Of a stretch of 64,000 bases of DNA, positions 59,001 to 64,000 are shown piece by piece (positions within the stretch are counted from its first letter, which is position 1; the number at the start of each line of letters is the position of its first letter). Under the pieces are notes generated by a model. It saw only the letters and a program-made list of their open reading frames with translations. It had not been told where the DNA came from and did no database searches. The position numbers and the translations under genes were made by a program. Source of the DNA: the human T2T-CHM13v2.0 reference genome, Homo sapiens; the NCBI RefSeq assembly GCF_009914755.1, contig NC_060945.1; one strand, given 5' to 3'.

Positions 59001-60183
59001 CAATCAAAGCAAAAATATACAAATACAATCAGGTCAAGTTAAAAATCTTCTGCACAGCAAAAGATGCAATCAACAAAGTGAAGAGACAGCCTACAGAATG
59101 TAAGAAAATACTTGCAAACTACCCTTCTGAAAAGGGATTAATAGCCAGAATCCATAAGAAGTTCAAATAACTCTTTAGGAAAAAAAGTCTAAAAATCCAA
59201 TCAAAAAATGGGCAAAAGATTTGAATAGACGTCACTCAAAAGAAGACATGGAAATAATAAATATAAAAATGTGCTCAACATCATCAATCATCAGCTAAAG
59301 TGCAACTCAAAACTACAATGAGAGATGTCTTCTCACCTCAGTTAAAATGGCTTGTATCAAAAAATCAGACAATAACAAAAGTTGACGAGGATGTGGAGAA
59401 AAGGGAAACCTGTACACGATAGGAATGTAAATTAGTACTACTATGGAAAACAGTTTGGAGATTCCTCAAACAACTAAAAATAGAGCTACCATACAATGCA
59501 GCAATCCCACATAACCCAAAATAAAAGAAATCATATATTGAAGAGTTATCTGCACTCTCATATTTATGGCAGTATTATTCACAATAGCCAAGATTTGGAA
59601 TCCACCTAAATGTTCATCAACAGATGAATGGATAAAGAAAATATGGTACATATACATAATGGAGTATTATTTGGCCACTTAAAAAGAATGAGATCCTGTC
59701 ATTTACAACAACATGGATGGAACTGGAGGTCATTATGCTAAATGAAATAAACCAGTCTCAGAAAGAAAAACTTCACATGTTCTCACTTATTTGTGGGAGA
59801 TAAATATAAAAAAAAAAAATGAACTCATGGAGATAGAGTAGAAGGATGGTTACCAGATGTTGGGAAGGGTATTAAGGAAGGTGGGGTTGGTGAAGTGGGG
59901 AGGGTTAATGTGTATAAAAAAAAATAGAATAAATAAGAACTAGTATTTGCTAGCCCAACGGGGTGACTGTAGTCAAAAATAATGTAATTGTATATTTTAA
60001 AATAATTAAAAGTGTATAACTGGATTGTTTGTAACACAGAGGATAAATGCTTGAGGTGATGGATAACCCATTTACCCTGATGTCATTATTATACATTGCA
60101 TGCATGTGTCAAAAGATCTCATGTAACCCATAAACATATACACCTACTATGTAGCCACAAAAATTAAAATTAAAAATTTAAAG
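53085..60183 (+). mobile_element. Near full-length, inactivated L1MA2-type LINE (5'UTR, ORF1, ORF2, 3'UTR)
   Basis: GC-richer 5'UTR at ~53.1-54.4 kb. ORF1-like peptide (HPAKISCKHAGEIKTFTDKQKLRDF) and ORF2 EN-like peptide (QMDLIDIYRIFYPMAAEYTFFS). L1MA1-3-type 3'UTR ending cacctactatgtagccacaaaaattaaaa. Many frameshifts. Confidence 0.9.
56528..56751 (-). mobile_element. Short L1PA 3'UTR fragment nested in the L1MA ORF2
   Basis: ggtacatgtgaagatttgttacat...catcacccaggtattaagc; TSD ACAAAACAA(A/G)TCT at 56515-56527 / 56752-56764. Confidence 0.88.
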
Positions 60184-60299
60184 AAAACTATATCCTCTGT
60201 GGGCAAAGATACATCATCCAGACCCCAGTATGGTCTCTTCAAACCCTACACATTCAAGCAAAACAGACAACAAACACTAGTGCAAGAGAAGGCATGACT

Positions 60300-61500
<1,201 letters not shown>

Positions 61501-61524
61501 AAAATAGTCTATGGGAGAAGAAAC

Positions 61525-62490
61525 ATTTCTGGAATGATAGCGTAAGGACCTCTGAAAATCTTTTTTTTCATAAAACACTGGAAAAATTATCAAAATCAAC
61601 TTCTTCAGAACTCTGGAAATTAACCAAAGGCTCGTGAAAATCTGATGAATGTTTATTCAAGAAAAGTTACTAAATCTAAGTAAGAAGAGCAAGCTTTGTG
61701 GGATTTTAATTTGCCTTATTTGCAGTCCCCTCTCCCAACTATATGGTAGCTCTGAAAACCATGGAGATAAAGATCCTTTCAGTCTAGCAACCACTGATGG
61801 AGTCAAAATGGATTTGGTGCTTCCCCAAAAGCTTCATCTCCAGATAATTGTTACTTTTTGACTCGTCTGTCAGTTCACAAGGAAAGTCCAATTCACAGTG
61901 TTTATCTTTATTGAACTGACTCAGAACATGTTCAGTGGGAAAGGTCCTGTTACAGTAGGACACACTGCGCATGCTCGCCTCCCAAGCGCAAGCCTGGAAC
62001 TGTGCACGCAGGCAGCTTACCCTAACGGAAAAATCAAGGGAAAGCCGGTGAAAGACACTGGAAGTGGGCCACCGTATAAAATCTTAGGTTCAAGGTCAAA
62101 CAGGGCACTTGACCTCCAAGATGCCTGCTTGGACCTCTTCCAAGTGTCCTTTCTTTTTTTTTCATTCCTGCTCTAAAGCTTTTTGATAAACTTCCTCTCC
62201 TGCTCTAAAACTTGCGTTGGTGTCCTTTTTCTGCCTTATGCCCCTCAGTCAAATCTTTGTTCTGAGAAGACAAGAATTGAGGTTGCTGCAGACTCATACG
62301 TATTCGCCACTGGTAACCCGGATAACTTCCACCGCTAATACTATGTCCAGGGCATTTGTGAAAACCAACAAACAAAAAACAAAACAAAACAAAAACAGCA
62401 GCAGTTATTTAACACCTAGCCGACTGAGCTGGCAATACTAGTTAGGGCAAATAAGAGACTGGCCAGAAAACATCAAAGGAAAATTTTGAG
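61525..62490 (+). mobile_element. Old L1M 5' region interrupted by an LTR
   Basis: atcaaaatcaacttcttcagaactctggaaattaaccaaagg; sequence resumes at cagggcatttgtgaaaac after the LTR. Confidence 0.45.
61948..62340 (+). mobile_element. MER50-like ERV1 solo LTR with an internal deletion
   Basis: tgttacagtagg joined to acacactgcgcatgctc; TATAAAA; tcctgctctaaaacttgc; gaattgaggttgctgcagac. Confidence 0.7.
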
Positions 62491-63421
62491 TGGAGTTTTT
62501 ATTTCTGGAAATGGTATAATCAGTTATTTCAGAGTAATACTCTGAAAAACAACAAAGACACAGGTGTACAAAATAAAGTGCATTTATCAATTTGAAGGCA
62601 TTAGAAAACTACCTAATTGGAGAATGAGATGTCCATATGGGGCTTATCAAAACCTCTGATATATACCGGGGGATCTACAAGACCATACACGTGGGTATGT
62701 CTGTGGCCCGACCAGGACAGACCTAAGCCCTTACTCTCTCACAGAAAGGAACACAAGCAGAGTGTGGTGGCCTTGTTAGCTTGAGAAGACAGAGATTAGA
62801 GCACAGAAGCTGAAGGGCTGGAGATTGTGCTGAAGAAAACTCGAGAGGAGGGAGCCATTATCATGTGTTCAGGAGTTAGAGATGTGGATATGGAGTTTTT
62901 TCTCTGGCTTCTTCCCTTTCAGGTTTTTTTTTTTTTTTTTTCCTACTTCAGTGGTATTTTTCTCGAACCAGTTTTCTGGTTCCTCAGGTAGAAACACAGT
63001 GGGATTTTTCACAATTACTTCCCACATTGCTGGGTGGCCTCAAAGACTAATTAACCCTAGGCTAAAAAGTCATGAAAAAATAGAGGTGCTTAATGTTTAC
63101 CACTCCACTGCCCTGCCTGGAGGGTGTATCCTCATCTGAGCCTGTCTGCTTTCATTCCTTCTTCAGTGCCTTTTGGTATTATGTCTAAATTTTAAAGTTG
63201 CTTCCTGATAAGTGAGTGAGTGCTCTGATAGGATCTTCCTCCATCATTAGTAGAATCTTTCTGACTGGTTAATCTCTAGAGTTGCGAAAAAAGTTGATAC
63301 TGATAAATACCTGTTAGAAACTTAATTTCTAAACATGTAACATCTGTTCTACAAATATTTACTTTAAATCTAAAGGCGATAATAAGTTTGATGTAAATAT
63401 GAACCAATAGAATGTAAGATA

Positions 63422-63558
63422 GACTGGGTGCAGTGGTCTGTGCCTATAATCCCAAAACTTTGGAAGGCCAAGGTGGGAGAATCACTTGAGGCCAACGGTT
63501 CAAGACCAGCCTGGACAACATAGTGAGAACTAGTCTCTCAAAAACAACAATAAAAAAA
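63422..63558 (+). mobile_element. FLAM / free left Alu monomer
   Basis: Single left arm with an A-rich tail; TSD GAATGTAAGA at 63410-63419 / 63561-63570. Confidence 0.88.
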
Positions 63559-64000
63559 TTGAATGTAAGACATATCAAATATGCTCCCATCTCTAGTTGG
63601 CATGTAATGCCTAGCCTGCCATTCCCTGGACAAGAACAACATTATAGTCTCTGCCTCTTTCTGGAGTACACTGATCTTGCTGGAAATAGTTAAGTGAAGT
63701 TACTGTGACCGCCTAACACAGGATGGGATAGAGAATTCTTGCGAACAAAGGGTCAGCTGGGAATAAACAACAACCTAAGGAAACAGAATGACCAAATAAT
63801 AGCATAAGGTAGGACATCCCATCCCTATCAGCTGTCATAGCTTGTTTGCTTAATTGATTGATTACTTAGCTTGTTGAATGAAAATAAATATATTTTATAA
63901 CAAAAGATTGTGTTCTTGGACATCTCATTTAATTGACATCCTCAACCAAGTCTTAATTGTAGCCCGAGGTAGAATCTAACTTAAAAATGTATGCTTACAT

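Noticed and set aside
53263-60037. Many 60-150 aa ORFs, including the 151-aa ORF at 53535
   Set aside because: All lie within the L1MA element, which is frameshifted and has no intact ORF1 or ORF2.

Overview
Mammalian genomic DNA, almost certainly human given its AluY/AluS/AluJ, L1PA, THE1 and MER content. It covers the 3' part of USP25 (ubiquitin-specific peptidase 25) on the + strand. Eight coding exons can be chained with consistent phases. Two are in-frame cassette exons of 114 and 96 nt, matching the known 19a/19b inserts of isoforms USP25m and USP25b. Five are internal exons, and the last exon ends ...[10 protein letters not shown] at 35878. A 3'UTR follows with polyA signals and miR-200 and miR-27 seed sites. 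Beyond ~37.7 kb the window is intergenic and mostly transposon relics: a truncated antisense L1PA, a near full-length L1MA2-type element with a nested L1PA, LTRs, MERs and a degenerate U6 copy. I see no new gene or new self-contained system, and the other ORFs in the track fall in repeats or non-coding sequence and look spurious. The most unusual items are these. (1) A ~100-bp block made of a MER91 left end plus its flank, carrying TGCATG, is duplicated so that one copy lies upstream of each cassette exon. (2) An in-frame upstream alternative acceptor would add 20 aa to the penultimate exon. (3) A strong acceptor inside the 3'UTR would give an alternative C-terminus. (4) A candidate recursive splice site follows exon 19b. 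(5) A sense Alu has poly-T in place of its poly-A tail between intact TSDs. Repeat family names come from recalled consensus sequences, not from a search.
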